Source of the DNA: a virus
Lineage: Duplodnaviria > Caudoviricetes
Length of the DNA: 64,000 nt
Virus record (IMG/VR): IMGVR_UViG_3300015606_001334
Location: 64,001-128,000 of that record
Strand: one strand, 5' to 3'
Part shown: positions 24,791 through 35,072 of the stretch, one piece after another
Position numbering within the stretch: position 1 is the first letter of the stretch
How the letters are laid out: each line of letters begins with the position of its first letter
The notes under the pieces: model-generated
The model's input: only the letters and a program-made list of their open reading frames with translations
What the model was told of the DNA's origin: nothing
The model's database searches: none
Position numbers and translations under genes: made by a program

Positions 24791-25248
24791 TATTCTGCGA
24801 TGGTAGGCGTCATCTTGATCGGGATAGTCCTACCTTGAGGGAAAGTTTGGGAGCGAACTGCATACTGCTCACCATCAAGTTCATAAACTACTTCGAAACC
24901 GCCATAAGTGGGTTCGTAAGTCTCAATTGCACGACAGTTAGGTTGGATGCTTTGATCGTTGTCATAAGCATTACCAACAGCCACACCAATTGCGGTTCCA
25001 CCAATTTGTGCTGCCGTACGGCCCTTACCCTTACCTACGTTGCTACCAATGAAGAGGCCAGTGAGGCCGCCGACGATCTTTCCAACAAAGGAATTTTCTT
25101 CGTGATACCCAGCGGAACCACCACATTGTTGCTTGATCACCTTGACATTGTCGGTCAACGGAGTAACCGAAACAACATTGGCATAACGAACTTCTTGGGC
25201 AGAAGCGTTGAAAGAAATCAATGCAACGAGGATAAGCAGCTTTTTCAT
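24790..25248 (-). CDS. glycine-zipper 2TM secreted protein (YcfJ-like)
   Basis: signal peptide, G..VGG..G..IG..VGKGKG..AA..GG. Confidence 0.75.
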   Translation of the reverse strand: MKKLLILVALISFNASAQEVRYANVVSVTPLTDNVKVIKQQCGGSAGYHEENSFVGKIVGGLTGLFIGSNVGKGKGRTAAQIGGTAIGVAVGNAYDNDQSIQPNCRAIETYEPTYGGFEVVYELDGEQYAVRSQTFPQGRTIPIKMTPTIAE

Positions 25249-25312
25249 GATTACTCTCCAATAAATTAGGTTAATTTGGATTATAACCTAATTTCTGGGA
25301 AAGTAAACAAGT

Positions 25313-25990
25313 TTATTTTGGCGTAAAGAACGAATTTGCGAAGGTGTTCTTGGCCATGGTCTCGAAGGCGCGATACTGCTCTAGAAGAGTAGTCACATAA
25401 CGCTCGGACATTCGATCGAAAATCATCAGGTTTTCGGTGGTAGCGAACTCTACCAAGTTGTTGACGATTTCAACACTGCTTCGAGGTTCAAGGGCAAGCT
25501 CACCAGTCACGTCACCATACTCGAGCATGACTTTCAATTCATTCTTTCGAGCAAGGTGCTGCATTGCCTTGTTTTCGCTTAGACAGTAAGTGTAGATTCG
25601 CTTTGCACCCAATGCCTTAGCATGGGCAATCGCCTTTTTGAACAGCTTGTCAGCATATCCATTTTTGCGATGATCTTCGCGGACACTCAGACCGAATTCG
25701 TATGCGCTCTTGTCCTTACCATGAGTTGCCATATGAAGCACTGCAACGATGTCGCCATGATCGTCAAAGACCGCAAATACACAGTCACCATCCTTGATTT
25801 GGTCTTTGACGTAATGGAAGATTCGCTCATCTGGAAGATTTGCACCGAATCGTAGACGACGATCATCATCGTTCAAGCTAAGGAAGTGGTCCATGAGTTT
25901 GAACTCATAAACTCTCTTGTCAATAAGATGCACTTTGCCTGCCTTTAGCGAATTAACAGCTGTAGCAAGTGCTTCACCTGGATTATACAT
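25313..25990 (-). CDS. GNAT acetyltransferase
   Basis: DRRLRF, EFGLSV...RKNGYA, ENKAM..LARK. Confidence 0.85.
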   Translation of the reverse strand: MYNPGEALATAVNSLKAGKVHLIDKRVYEFKLMDHFLSLNDDDRRLRFGANLPDERIFHYVKDQIKDGDCVFAVFDDHGDIVAVLHMATHGKDKSAYEFGLSVREDHRKNGYADKLFKKAIAHAKALGAKRIYTYCLSENKAMQHLARKNELKVMLEYGDVTGELALEPRSSVEIVNNLVEFATTENLMIFDRMSERYVTTLLEQYRAFETMAKNTFANSFFTPK

Positions 25991-26226
25991 TACTTCACTA
26001 CCTCTTTCATTGCGTTTTGAACAGCAAATTGAACTATCTTTGCCCCTTCAAGTTTGCCACCTTGATAAACTGATTGGATGAACTTGTCTAGCAGAAAAGC
26101 TGTCGTAAAATCTGGAAGTTCAAATGAGATTTCTTGTCCATCATTAGGATAGAAAAACGTCACCTTACCGGATTTTTGGTCAGGGTCCGAAGACCCCAAC
26201 CATTGCATACTCGGCGCAATAGACAT
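25990..26226 (-). CDS. hypothetical protein
   Basis: coupled ORF. Confidence 0.55.
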   Translation of the reverse strand: MSIAPSMQWLGSSDPDQKSGKVTFFYPNDGQEISFELPDFTTAFLLDKFIQSVYQGGKLEGAKIVQFAVQNAMKEVVK

Positions 26227-27389
26227 TATTCCAAGTTTCCTGCGTGGATGCGAAGAGTGTCAACTTCAACACCAACCCAAGGGATCGCGATACCCATGTA
26301 CTGACGGATAACGGCATCATCAGGAACATTCTTGTCAGTACGTGAATGCTGACGAGAAAGGATCTGATCCTTGGAAGCAGGGAACATGACAGCTTCAACA
26401 CGATAGCCGCGCTTCTTCGCTTCTACGACGAACTTAGTACGAGCCTTACGAGACGTGTTGGTGTTATCCACAACGATAGAATCGTAGTTCTTGATGTGCT
26501 TAATGAACTCAACATCAGCGTAATGACCAAACTCGCTACGATGACCGTCGCAGTAGGTCCAAGCCTTGTGGTACTCATCAGCAGGAGACTTCGCCTTCGC
26601 CATGATTTCAGGGGCCTTCTTCTTCGTGAGTTCGATACGAATATCATCGAAGGAGTAATGCTTGAAACCAGCCAGGGTCAAAGCGCCAACTGAAGAAGAC
26701 TTGCCAGAACCAGAAGCACCAACCAAGATCGACAAAGTCGGAGCGTTGTCTTCAACTTGACGAGGCGGGTTGACATTGGCAGAGTTCATCATTTCGACGA
26801 AAGACTCGGTCTTGGCACGCTTAGTTTCGGAATCATCCGAAATACGACCATAAGTATCGCCGAGCAAATGATAACCAAAGCCAATTGCCGACTTACCAAG
26901 GTTGAACTCCATCGCAGTACGAAGGTAGTCCATCTTCTTGTCGTTGCCCATGTAGTCGTAAGGCAGATGGTTTTCAATCATCCACATGACCTTGTAAGCT
27001 TCTTCGACAGACAGCCAGTCCTTGAACAACTTGTAGTTGGTCACATAGTAGTCTTCCCACAGACGGGCAGAATACTGCTCATGGCCGTGGAAGGCGTCGT
27101 AATGGCCACGTTCAGGCTTGAACTTCACAACCTTGCAAGGCGGCTTGCCGGTGTCGTGGAAAAGCAGGGACAGGTAGGTGATAACGTAAGTGTCATCATC
27201 AATCAAAAACTGACCATGGAATTCGCCAACACGCTTGTTGAATTCGTAGCAAACCATTTCAGTATGGATCGCAACGGATTCTTCACGGTGCCAAGGAGAA
27301 TCTTCCTTGGTCTTAGCCATGGCGGCCCACAGAGGAGAGGTCTTCTTGAAGTGTTCAACGAATGAGGTGAGTGCAAGAATTTTTTGCAT
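26226..27389 (-). CDS. HD-phosphoesterase/polynucleotide kinase fusion (RNA end-healing)
   Basis: WHRE..V..HT, LFHDTGK, FHGHE..SA; GASGSGKS, VDNTN, R...R. Confidence 0.85.
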   Translation of the reverse strand: MQKILALTSFVEHFKKTSPLWAAMAKTKEDSPWHREESVAIHTEMVCYEFNKRVGEFHGQFLIDDDTYVITYLSLLFHDTGKPPCKVVKFKPERGHYDAFHGHEQYSARLWEDYYVTNYKLFKDWLSVEEAYKVMWMIENHLPYDYMGNDKKMDYLRTAMEFNLGKSAIGFGYHLLGDTYGRISDDSETKRAKTESFVEMMNSANVNPPRQVEDNAPTLSILVGASGSGKSSSVGALTLAGFKHYSFDDIRIELTKKKAPEIMAKAKSPADEYHKAWTYCDGHRSEFGHYADVEFIKHIKNYDSIVVDNTNTSRKARTKFVVEAKKRGYRVEAVMFPASKDQILSRQHSRTDKNVPDDAVIRQYMGIAIPWVGVEVDTLRIHAGNLE

Positions 27390-27537
27390 CTTGTTATTCC
27401 TTAAAAGTTAGCGCAATTATATCATGTCTTCTTTTGCGCGTAAACGTTTTTGTTTTCGGTTGGAATAAACTCTGAATCCTGCAAAACATGAAATCAAGTT
27501 GACGATTGGCAAAATGACAAAGACAAAAATTGCTACA

Positions 27538-28101
27538 TCAGTATCCATGAGAGTTTATCCATTGCAAGGCCTTGAAATATCCTTGTCTGTTTGCTTTCAC
27601 ATCAGCTAAAGCGTGGTGTTGTTTTGGTGAAGGATTCCTCAAGAAATATTCAAGGAATCCTTCATTGTACTGCTTCTTTGCGGTCTCAAAGAACCATTTA
27701 TAATCGGGTGTTTGCAACTCTGCGGCTTTATCTACAATTTGCTTATTGAGATAGGTGTGAAGCATTACTGGAGAAGTTGCAATATTCCCAGGAAGATCTT
27801 CAAGAAGATCCACTATGAGTTTCCAATCACCAGAAAAATCTGGGCAAAGAGCATACTCATCACCCAACTCCTCAAGCCAGCAGAAAAATCTTGCAGAAGC
27901 TTCTGACCTTGCCATACCGAATTTATCCAAATCGATCAATGGCTCTACGACATTTCGCACGAATTCACTTGAAGCTTTTCGATTGTAATCATTTAGCTCG
28001 CAGTAGAATTCATGCTTACCATCTTCAGTGATAGCACCAACTGAAATTAGGTCGGAGCCAATAAAGTCGGTAAACTCAGTGTCGACAAAACAGAGTTTCA
28101 T
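27538..28101 (-). CDS. DEDDh 3'-5' exoribonuclease
   Basis: FVDTEFT, LISVG, HHALAD. Confidence 0.85.
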   Translation of the reverse strand: MKLCFVDTEFTDFIGSDLISVGAITEDGKHEFYCELNDYNRKASSEFVRNVVEPLIDLDKFGMARSEASARFFCWLEELGDEYALCPDFSGDWKLIVDLLEDLPGNIATSPVMLHTYLNKQIVDKAAELQTPDYKWFFETAKKQYNEGFLEYFLRNPSPKQHHALADVKANRQGYFKALQWINSHGY

Positions 28102-28553
28102 TATGCTCTTAGAATATTTAACCCACTAGCGTTGATCACATTGCCAACCATTGTCGAGTACATCTTGTCGATCAAATTGGTATTACCATTCCCGTCGATT
28201 TCTTGGCATCCGTCATTGTCACCATTGACAATCAAACAACTCCCGTTTGGTGTACATTGAATGATATACACAGATTGGGTTTTGATTGTGACCTTCTCAA
28301 GGTTCGGACAGAAATGACCAAGGCGTTGGAAGAGGATGCGTTGTTCGATGATGTTCGTCCAGTTTTCTGGGAACGAAAGGAAAACTTCCTTCACATCAGG
28401 ACGCATCTCCATTTTGTCGAAGATCGAACGGAGAATGTGAGTTCCCATGTGAAGCTCATACTCGAGACTTTCATCGCGCATATGAGGACGACGATAGACA
28501 TAGACCTTCAAGTCTACTTTACGACCAAGGCCGAATACTTCATTGCACGACAT
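28101..28553 (-). CDS. hypothetical protein
   Basis: 150-aa ORF. Confidence 0.6.
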   Translation of the reverse strand: MSCNEVFGLGRKVDLKVYVYRRPHMRDESLEYELHMGTHILRSIFDKMEMRPDVKEVFLSFPENWTNIIEQRILFQRLGHFCPNLEKVTIKTQSVYIIQCTPNGSCLIVNGDNDGCQEIDGNGNTNLIDKMYSTMVGNVINASGLNILRA

Positions 28554-28818
28554 TTTTCTTTCCTTTCAACGGAATTCCAGCATCACAAAGAGGGCAATCA
28601 TGAATAGGCTCAGCCATTCGCTTGGCTTCTTCCAACGAGGTAATCATTGGCCAACCATAGTTCTCAGTCGGAAGAAAGCGAATCTTTGCGTTAGGAGGAA
28701 CGTCCCAGAATTTCATTTTTGTCCCTTTGGTTTGTCCCAATTGAACAGGTCCTTCGTCCTCTTTGTGATGTTCCATGCGAATCTTCCGTTTAAATGTGAA
28801 TGATCGTGAGTAGCCCAT
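28540..28818 (-). CDS. hypothetical protein
   Basis: overlapping ORF chain; start uncertain. Confidence 0.45.
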   Translation of the reverse strand: MGYSRSFTFKRKIRMEHHKEDEGPVQLGQTKGTKMKFWDVPPNAKIRFLPTENYGWPMITSLEEAKRMAEPIHDCPLCDAGIPLKGKKNVVQ

Positions 28819-29008
28819 TGGCTTACTCGGAATTCGACGCCTTCGTATTTCTTACAGAGAACGCCTCGAATCGGACACAAAAATACCTCTCCATCAAGGT
28901 CATCGAGAAATTCTAGACAAACACCAACCCAAGCAATATCCTCTTCAGGGATAAACCCTCGAGCTATAAGACTATTAAACAAATCATTTGCTACTTTATT
29001 CGCATCCA

Positions 29009-29248
29009 TTATCGGATCATCAACCAAAAGATAGAAGAAATGGTGCAACCAGCGATGAAAAAGATGGTAGCAACAACAGCGTTAGTAACAAGCAGCTGCT
29101 TCTTCACAAATCCGTAGGCAAACTGATGGGCTTCATCTCGAGCCGCGGAAATGACTTTGTCCTTATGCTCATGAATCAGCGCGACTGGACTAAATCGCTT
29201 GGTCAACGTTCCTTTAAAAGCATCTGCAATCTTACCCATTTGTAACAC
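29009..29248 (-). CDS. small membrane protein
   Basis: C-terminal hydrophobic helix. Confidence 0.5.
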   Translation of the reverse strand: MLQMGKIADAFKGTLTKRFSPVALIHEHKDKVISAARDEAHQFAYGFVKKQLLVTNAVVATIFFIAGCTISSIFWLMIR

Positions 29249-29438
29249 CTTTGCTGTAAATTTCTTCTCCCAGTTTCGTCACTGAGAACATTTTGTTGCC
29301 GATAGATTGGATGAGCCCGCGTTGTTCCAATTTCTTGGCTCGAGTGAGCTCTTCTTGAAGAAAACGATACTTCGGTTCTTGACGAATGGTACAAATAATT
29401 GCCCACTCATCATTAGTCAAAGATTGGTCTTTAGGCAT
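29232..29438 (-). CDS. small winged-helix-like protein
   Basis: KLEQRGLI...VTKLG. Confidence 0.45.
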   Translation of the reverse strand: MPKDQSLTNDEWAIICTIRQEPKYRFLQEELTRAKKLEQRGLIQSIGNKMFSVTKLGEEIYSKGVTNG

Positions 29439-30567
29439 TTGCGACCTTCAGAAAGTTTTCGATTGCAGCCACACGCGCTGCGCGGATTTTTGCGGCGATT
29501 TCCTTACCATTCTTCATACCCGCCGAGAGCGTAGTGCAGTCAACGGACAAAGCAGCTTCTCCGGCCTGGCGAATATGCGACATGCAGCGGAAAGCCATGG
29601 CAGCGTCGAAGTGAGAAGTCAAAGACCAGATTAGAGCACCCATAACCAGGCCGAAAGCCTTAGAATTCCGGATGAGACCCGCATCTTCCAAGAACTCCAT
29701 GACCTTTTCAGCTGGAGCAGTATCGATCGTGAAGATGCGACCACTCAACGCCCTGTAAGTTTTATGTGCGACTTGGAAATCCTTCGGGAACTTCATGTTC
29801 TGCATCGTATCGTCAGACCATTGACCGAAGAACGAGAACACTGCGAACTTGGAGGTAACGTCGAGCGCTTCGAAGCCAGAGATAAACTTGTCACTGCACT
29901 TCGAGATCGTTTCGATGTGCTTGCCAATTTCCCAACCAAACAGTCGGTCCAAAGCACCAGTCACATGAAGCGCGAGGATACCGCCGATGGAGTTCTTCTT
30001 TTCCATCAACAGTTTTTCGATTTCTACCCAGATACGTTCGCGAGTCAGGTGGTCCAGTTCACCAGAATCCACCAGCTGTTTCATCAGATCGAAGGTGGTG
30101 TGGTGAATCTCAAAGCCGTAGCGGGCTTTGAACCGAGCAACGCGCAGTACGCGCAGTGGGTCTTCTGCAAAAGCTTCGCTTACATGACGAAGTACTCCGT
30201 TCTTCAGGTCTTCTTGACCACCAAAGGGATCGATGATTTCGCCAGTTTCAGGGTCCATTGCCATCGCATTGATGGTCAAATCTCGACGACGAAGATCGTC
30301 TTCGATCGTCAAATCTGGAGAGGTGTAAGCCTCGAAGCCGTTGTAACCTGCGCCAACTTTGCGTTCGATACGAGCCAGGGCGTATTCGTCGCCAGTTTCA
30401 GGATGAAGGAACACAGGAAAGTCGGCACCAACACGTTGGTAGCCTTGAGCAATCAGACTTTCAACATCCTCAGCAGTAGCACCGACGATGACGTAGTCCT
30501 TGTCCTTTGGAACAAGACCAAGCAGGGTATCGCGAACGGCGCCGCCAACCAGGTAAGTTTTCATCAT
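29431..30567 (-). CDS. cca: CCA-adding tRNA nucleotidyltransferase
   Basis: [12 protein letters not shown]...[47 protein letters not shown]. Confidence 0.95.
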   Translation of the reverse strand: MMKTYLVGGAVRDTLLGLVPKDKDYVIVGATAEDVESLIAQGYQRVGADFPVFLHPETGDEYALARIERKVGAGYNGFEAYTSPDLTIEDDLRRRDLTINAMAMDPETGEIIDPFGGQEDLKNGVLRHVSEAFAEDPLRVLRVARFKARYGFEIHHTTFDLMKQLVDSGELDHLTRERIWVEIEKLLMEKKNSIGGILALHVTGALDRLFGWEIGKHIETISKCSDKFISGFEALDVTSKFAVFSFFGQWSDDTMQNMKFPKDFQVAHKTYRALSGRIFTIDTAPAEKVMEFLEDAGLIRNSKAFGLVMGALIWSLTSHFDAAMAFRCMSHIRQAGEAALSVDCTTLSAGMKNGKEIAAKIRAARVAAIENFLKVANA

Positions 30568-30713
30568 TTGAAAAATACCTCATTTATGATCAAACCGACG
30601 ATGATGATCATAGACATTGCGATAGATCCAAACGCAACCATAATCCGGCGGCCATATTGTTGTGGGGTAAGAAGTTTCATCGTCAGTTCTCCATCGAGTA
30701 TGTGATAATTATA

Positions 30714-31013
30714 TCACGTTTCTTCGGTTTGTAAACTGTTCTTGATCTTCTCAAGATGGTAGATTTGACGTTCGTAAATAGCCGTCAACAATCCGGAAAC
30801 CATTTTGTGTAGGGTTTCAAGACCTTCAAGATCAGTCGTGATGGTGATCGGAGTTACCGACTTGTCAACACTATCGACATCAGGATCGTAATGAGGGTTG
30901 TCCAATTGCGAGAAACGGATCTGTGCCGTCGGTTCTGTCGTAATTCCTTTGACATGACCGGAAAGCAGCACATCTCCGAATCCCATTACTACGTTGGTAC
31001 CGATAATTGCCAT
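30714..31013 (-). CDS. hypothetical protein
   Basis: probable start MAIIG. Confidence 0.5.
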   Translation of the reverse strand: MAIIGTNVVMGFGDVLLSGHVKGITTEPTAQIRFSQLDNPHYDPDVDSVDKSVTPITITTDLEGLETLHKMVSGLLTAIYERQIYHLEKIKNSLQTEET

Positions 31014-31015
31014 GC

Positions 31016-31714
31016 TTATCCTTCCAATTTGTTTTCTTTTGGAGCTTGGAACATCCAATGCTCGGTTGTCGTTACATGATTTGCTCGAACATACTTTGCG
31101 ACCGAGGTGCCATAGTCGTCGTAATGAAACTCTCCAGCTAGCCGCATTACCATGCCTTCTTGTACGCCACCGAGTTTACCAACTCCAGTGTAGAGGTCAA
31201 GTAGTTTTACCGAAGTCCCGTCTGCTTGCAGGATCGTTCCATCCTTTTGATAAATGCCTCGTGCAAGCAGTGGCACTAGGCTTAATCCAAGCTCAGCACA
31301 TAGTATTTCCATATCATCCCAGCTGTAGCAAACATTCCTGCGATCCCAGATAGCAAAACACAGGAAATATGCGGGAAGCTTATGATAGGCAATCGAGTGT
31401 TGAGCCACCATGTTCTCACCACAGATACGATGGATGTCTGCAAACTGAGGTTGATCAAGCTTCCACTTCAGCTCTTGTTGAAGTGCCCGCATCCGATCAC
31501 GAGACCAATGTGCTTTGGAATCGACTGAACGAGCATGGGTCTTCGTACGAGTATGAGTGGTGTTTTCACCATCAGCCTTCTCGGTTATCACGACTTCCTT
31601 GCCAATGAAATGATCCAAAGACTTCAGGACCTTATCATCCGAGGTTACACCGGGTGATTCTGGCATATGGAAGGTTCTGGAGAACTTTACCAAATCGTCA
31701 TCGTTAAGATACAT
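31016..31714 (-). CDS. ATP-dependent RNA ligase (nucleotidyltransferase domain only)
   Basis: RTFH.P.S.G...DD, EKADGEN, CGEN, EGMV.R, KYVR. Confidence 0.85.
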   Translation of the reverse strand: MYLNDDDLVKFSRTFHMPESPGVTSDDKVLKSLDHFIGKEVVITEKADGENTTHTRTKTHARSVDSKAHWSRDRMRALQQELKWKLDQPQFADIHRICGENMVAQHSIAYHKLPAYFLCFAIWDRRNVCYSWDDMEILCAELGLSLVPLLARGIYQKDGTILQADGTSVKLLDLYTGVGKLGGVQEGMVMRLAGEFHYDDYGTSVAKYVRANHVTTTEHWMFQAPKENKLEG

Positions 31715-31830
31715 GATTCCACCTGCTCATCTAAAATTTTGAGCATTATAAATCACTTTTCTGATTACGTAAACGAGTTTCGTGCCCGTATTATATAGCG
31801 GCGCCCCTGTAACGGAACGGGGAGAAAATT

Positions 31831-32169
31831 TTAGGTAAGGACTTTGTCTTTGACGTCGTCGAATTGATGGAGGGGAATTATAAAGATATGCTTCACGATC
31901 GACTGAAGATCTTCTTGAGTTAGTCTTTGCTGAAGCATGATGACACGCATCGCTGCATTCAGAAGATTGGTGATCGCGTTTTTAGTATCTACGCGGTAGA
32001 AAATCCGATCACAGAAGTTGAACCCAAAATTGACAGTGAGTTCAAAATATAGAGCGGAAAAGAAGGACTTAGCCTTGTCTCCCGTATCCTGATCGTAGTT
32101 TAGTTGGAGAAAGACTGCAAAATAATCTTCTTTCTTACCACTTTTGTTTCGGACACTCAGACCTAGCAT
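31831..32169 (-). CDS. hypothetical protein
   Basis: 112-aa ORF. Confidence 0.5.
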   Translation of the reverse strand: MLGLSVRNKSGKKEDYFAVFLQLNYDQDTGDKAKSFFSALYFELTVNFGFNFCDRIFYRVDTKNAITNLLNAAMRVIMLQQRLTQEDLQSIVKHIFIIPLHQFDDVKDKVLT

Positions 32170-32337
32170 ACATTACCTTTAAATCCATTTGACAGCCACA
32201 CTCTCCACAAGTTCTCATCAACTTTTTAAATTGAGGACAACCTTGGCAAATTTGAATGCGAACCTTTTTAAGTTCCGCAGGAACGAACTCTGCAGTCATT
32301 AGAAGAGTTTCTTTGAGCGCTTCTTTTGCTGTGTACA
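32135..32337 (-). CDS. small Cys-rich late protein
   Basis: R..IC..C....C..CGC....K.....CP..KW; TATAAATA upstream; probable start MYTAK. Confidence 0.6.
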
Positions 32338-32430
32338 TTTTCGAAATGAAAAATGTTGTTTGATGACAGTATTTATAGGTGAATGGTAAAAGTGACCCCC
32401 CCCCCACAACTAAAGATATTCCGTATATCT

Positions 32431-32631
32431 TTAAAGAATTGAATCTAAATCAATAATTCCTCGATGGTTGAGGTATTCTAGTGCGATCATGTACTCTTCG
32501 TACTCTTTCTCTGTCATTTCACAAATGTACTTCTTTGAGTACCCAGAAAGAGTGAGTGCCTGATTCAGGTTTAGGAAATGAAATAACTTCTTGTAGAACT
32601 TCTTTGATTCTTGCTCGTATTCGGCGCTCAT
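32431..32631 (-). CDS. hypothetical protein
   Basis: 66-aa ORF. Confidence 0.5.
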   Translation of the reverse strand: MSAEYEQESKKFYKKLFHFLNLNQALTLSGYSKKYICEMTEKEYEEYMIALEYLNHRGIIDLDSIL

Positions 32632-32664
32632 GAAAATACCCCAGAAAATCTGAGGTATTTATCC

Positions 32665-33060
32665 TTAGTAACCGCCTTCACTGTAAACTACAATGTCGTC
32701 AGATTCGAAGTCAATTTCAGTGTTGCAAAGCATGGCTTCTATACCGCCATCCTCGTCAGAGGCATAACCACTGTATACCGTGAATCCTTCTTTCAGCAAC
32801 TTTGCTTGCTTGCAACCATTTTCAATAGCTTCTTCGATTGTGTCGTATCCCCAGTTGTAGAGAATTTCTTTTTCATCGTACTTGTTCGCGCGATTATACA
32901 TGACCTGAGCCATATCGACTGCGATACGATACATTGGGCTATCTTCAGGAACCCTAAACAAACTTACGAGGGTATCAACATCCAGTTTCTTGTCACCGCG
33001 AAGTGCAACGATGAACGAAGAGCTGGAACTGTTTGAAACAAAACCAGCTCTTACTTTCAT
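32665..33060 (-). CDS. MKxRxGFVSNSSSSSF-leader family protein
   Basis: N-terminus MKVRAGFVSNSSSSSF. Confidence 0.75.
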   Translation of the reverse strand: MKVRAGFVSNSSSSSFIVALRGDKKLDVDTLVSLFRVPEDSPMYRIAVDMAQVMYNRANKYDEKEILYNWGYDTIEEAIENGCKQAKLLKEGFTVYSGYASDEDGGIEAMLCNTEIDFESDDIVVYSEGGY

Positions 33061-33545
33061 GATATTGCCTTGCTGAAACTTTCGTAGTTGCCGAATTCTT
33101 TGCGAGCTTTCTCGATGACGAATTCACGAGTTGAACCATGTTCCTTGAGGATGTAGGTCAAGATGTCGGAATCGCTGAGAGCTTCAAGAGCACAAATTGG
33201 GCAGAGTTCTTCAGGCAACTCGTCGTAGCCCATATCAGACATGGTGCTGCTAGAGAAGTAGCGAAGATCTAGCTCCATCAATTCTTGAATTTGGTCTGCT
33301 TCTTCAGCTTCAAGGAAGTCTTGATCGTCGCACTTTGGATCGTCCTTGATCTTAGCGAGGATTGACTTAGCTTTTGCTTCAGTCATTGGGGTGATGTGTT
33401 CACGACAGAATTCGTGACCGTTTTCGCATTGCGCGAAATCCATGTCGTCATAGGATGCGTCGTACCCTGATTCGACATTACCGCAAACCTCACAGATAAA
33501 TGAGGATGAGGATGAGTTACTTACAAAACCTTTTCTAATTTTCAT
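33057..33545 (-). CDS. MKxRxGFVSNSSSSSF-leader family protein, Cys-rich
   Basis: MKIRKGFVSNSSSSSF, CEVC, C..GH.FC..H, CPIC. Confidence 0.75.
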   Translation of the reverse strand: MKIRKGFVSNSSSSSFICEVCGNVESGYDASYDDMDFAQCENGHEFCREHITPMTEAKAKSILAKIKDDPKCDDQDFLEAEEADQIQELMELDLRYFSSSTMSDMGYDELPEELCPICALEALSDSDILTYILKEHGSTREFVIEKARKEFGNYESFSKAIS

Positions 33546-33546
33546 T

Positions 33547-33801
33547 TTACTTCTCCAAACTTGATTGCCAAACTATTCCATAAACTTTTTGTTGTAAATC
33601 CAAAACGTCGGTGTAACTAACACTTTCACCCTCGATGCATGACGCCGCAAAGGATTGGACTGCATCATTTACTCCTTGTGCAGCCCTATCTTTTGCGCCG
33701 ATGATCTGTGCGAGATGGTTGATCAACTCAACATTTTGCTCTACGTTGTATTTAACGAATAGGGCTCGTAATTCACTACGGTAGAAACTGTTTTTGTCCA
33801 T
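33547..33801 (-). CDS. hypothetical protein
   Basis: coupled ORF. Confidence 0.55.
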   Translation of the reverse strand: MDKNSFYRSELRALFVKYNVEQNVELINHLAQIIGAKDRAAQGVNDAVQSFAASCIEGESVSYTDVLDLQQKVYGIVWQSSLEK

Positions 33802-34142
33802 CAGGCTTTCTTCTTTGGAACCAGCTTCAGAAGATCCGAACGACGAACAACAATTGTCTTTTCTGGAAGAGCGTCCAACTGGACCAACGCGGTTTCTTCA
33901 CGAACACCGCAGACCGTAGCCTTACAGAAGAAGCAGCCTTCAGCGTCGAGAAAGTCGATGTAATCACCCTTTTCAAGGTTTTTATCTTCAACATACTGTG
34001 GCTCAAGAGGGTTGCCGATCTGTTTAAAGAACCAAGAAAAATCTTGGGCCTCAGTCATCTTCTTAAGCATTTCCTGACCGGTCTTAGTTACCTGCTCAGC
34101 AACCTTAGGATCAAACATTTGGAAGGATGGAAATTTAAACAT
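33801..34142 (-). CDS. hypothetical protein
   Basis: probable start MFKFPS. Confidence 0.55.
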   Translation of the reverse strand: MFKFPSFQMFDPKVAEQVTKTGQEMLKKMTEAQDFSWFFKQIGNPLEPQYVEDKNLEKGDYIDFLDAEGCFFCKATVCGVREETALVQLDALPEKTIVVRRSDLLKLVPKKKA

Positions 34143-34143
34143 G

Positions 34144-34926
34144 TTAATCACCAAATTCGAATTTTTGACGGCATTCCACAAATCCCTTGAACCCATCGGC
34201 AACGGGATCTTGTGTCTTACCCTTATTGAAATGATACAACCACATCTTAGACTTGATTTCTGGAGGAAGAGTATTCAAGTCGGAATAGTGTGCGTGAACC
34301 CCAGACTTAAATGAAGTTTCGCAGTCTTGGAAGATGACATCAGCAGACTTGTAAAAGTCCATGATCTGGTTTGGCGCATGTTGAGTATCAGAAGTCCAGA
34401 AGATCCTGTTTACTGAGTCACCATTAGCAATAGTGAACATTAGACCGAAAGATGGAACAAACACGTAACCATTCATTATGTGAATGACTTGAACTAGCTC
34501 AAATGTAATATTTTCCCAAACGAAAGATCCATTTGGACGAATCTTCTTTACGTTGAAGAAAGTATTCAGGTCAGCTACTTCACCTTGAATTGATTCCATC
34601 CCTCCTGCAAGAGATTTATCCCAAAGATCTTTTGCAATCATAGACGAGATGAACAGATTTGGGCGTTCCTGGCCTGGAGTAAATTTCTTGATGAAGCCGA
34701 GTCCTTCCATACCACCAATATGATCAGCATGAGCATGACTGATGTACAAGTCGGTAATGTCGGTCATCTTGAATCCTGCATCACGAAGAGAGAAACGGAT
34801 ATCCGTTCCACAATCGAGAAGCAATTTTCGATCATTCCTTTCAATCAGGATGTTTGACTGATAGTTGTCAACTTCATCATAAAATGCTGATGCTGACCCT
34901 AAGAAGGTGATAGTAGTCTTACTCAT
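34144..34926 (-). CDS. metallo-beta-lactamase-fold cyclic nucleotide phosphodiesterase, Apyc1-like
   Basis: LG..SAF, LLDCG, SHAHADHIGG.E, LW.KSL.GG, SDT, FQDC, GVHA, YH. Confidence 0.75.
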   Translation of the reverse strand: MSKTTITFLGSASAFYDEVDNYQSNILIERNDRKLLLDCGTDIRFSLRDAGFKMTDITDLYISHAHADHIGGMEGLGFIKKFTPGQERPNLFISSMIAKDLWDKSLAGGMESIQGEVADLNTFFNVKKIRPNGSFVWENITFELVQVIHIMNGYVFVPSFGLMFTIANGDSVNRIFWTSDTQHAPNQIMDFYKSADVIFQDCETSFKSGVHAHYSDLNTLPPEIKSKMWLYHFNKGKTQDPVADGFKGFVECRQKFEFGD

Positions 34927-34928
34927 AG

Positions 34929-35072
34929 TTAATTCCAAGAATGGCGGCCGCGAGAGTCGTTATCGTAACGGTAATAATCGTGCCGATGGTGGTGATGATG
35001 CCCATCGTCAATGATGATAGGCATACATCCAGAAAGGATCGCTAAAGCGAGAATAATAGGAATGATTCTCAT
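34929..35072 (-). CDS. small His-rich lipoprotein (not in ORF track)
   Basis: MRIIPIILALAILSGC lipobox, GHHHHHRH. Confidence 0.6.
   Translation of the reverse strand: MRIIPIILALAILSGCMPIIIDDGHHHHHRHDYYRYDNDSRGRHSWN

Noticed and set aside
29764-30705. Long plus-strand ORFs (also 23129-23734, 26757-27365, 41654-42358, 43721-44299, 51469-52464)
   Set aside because: Antisense shadows of well-supported minus-strand genes with biased codon usage; no motifs or SD
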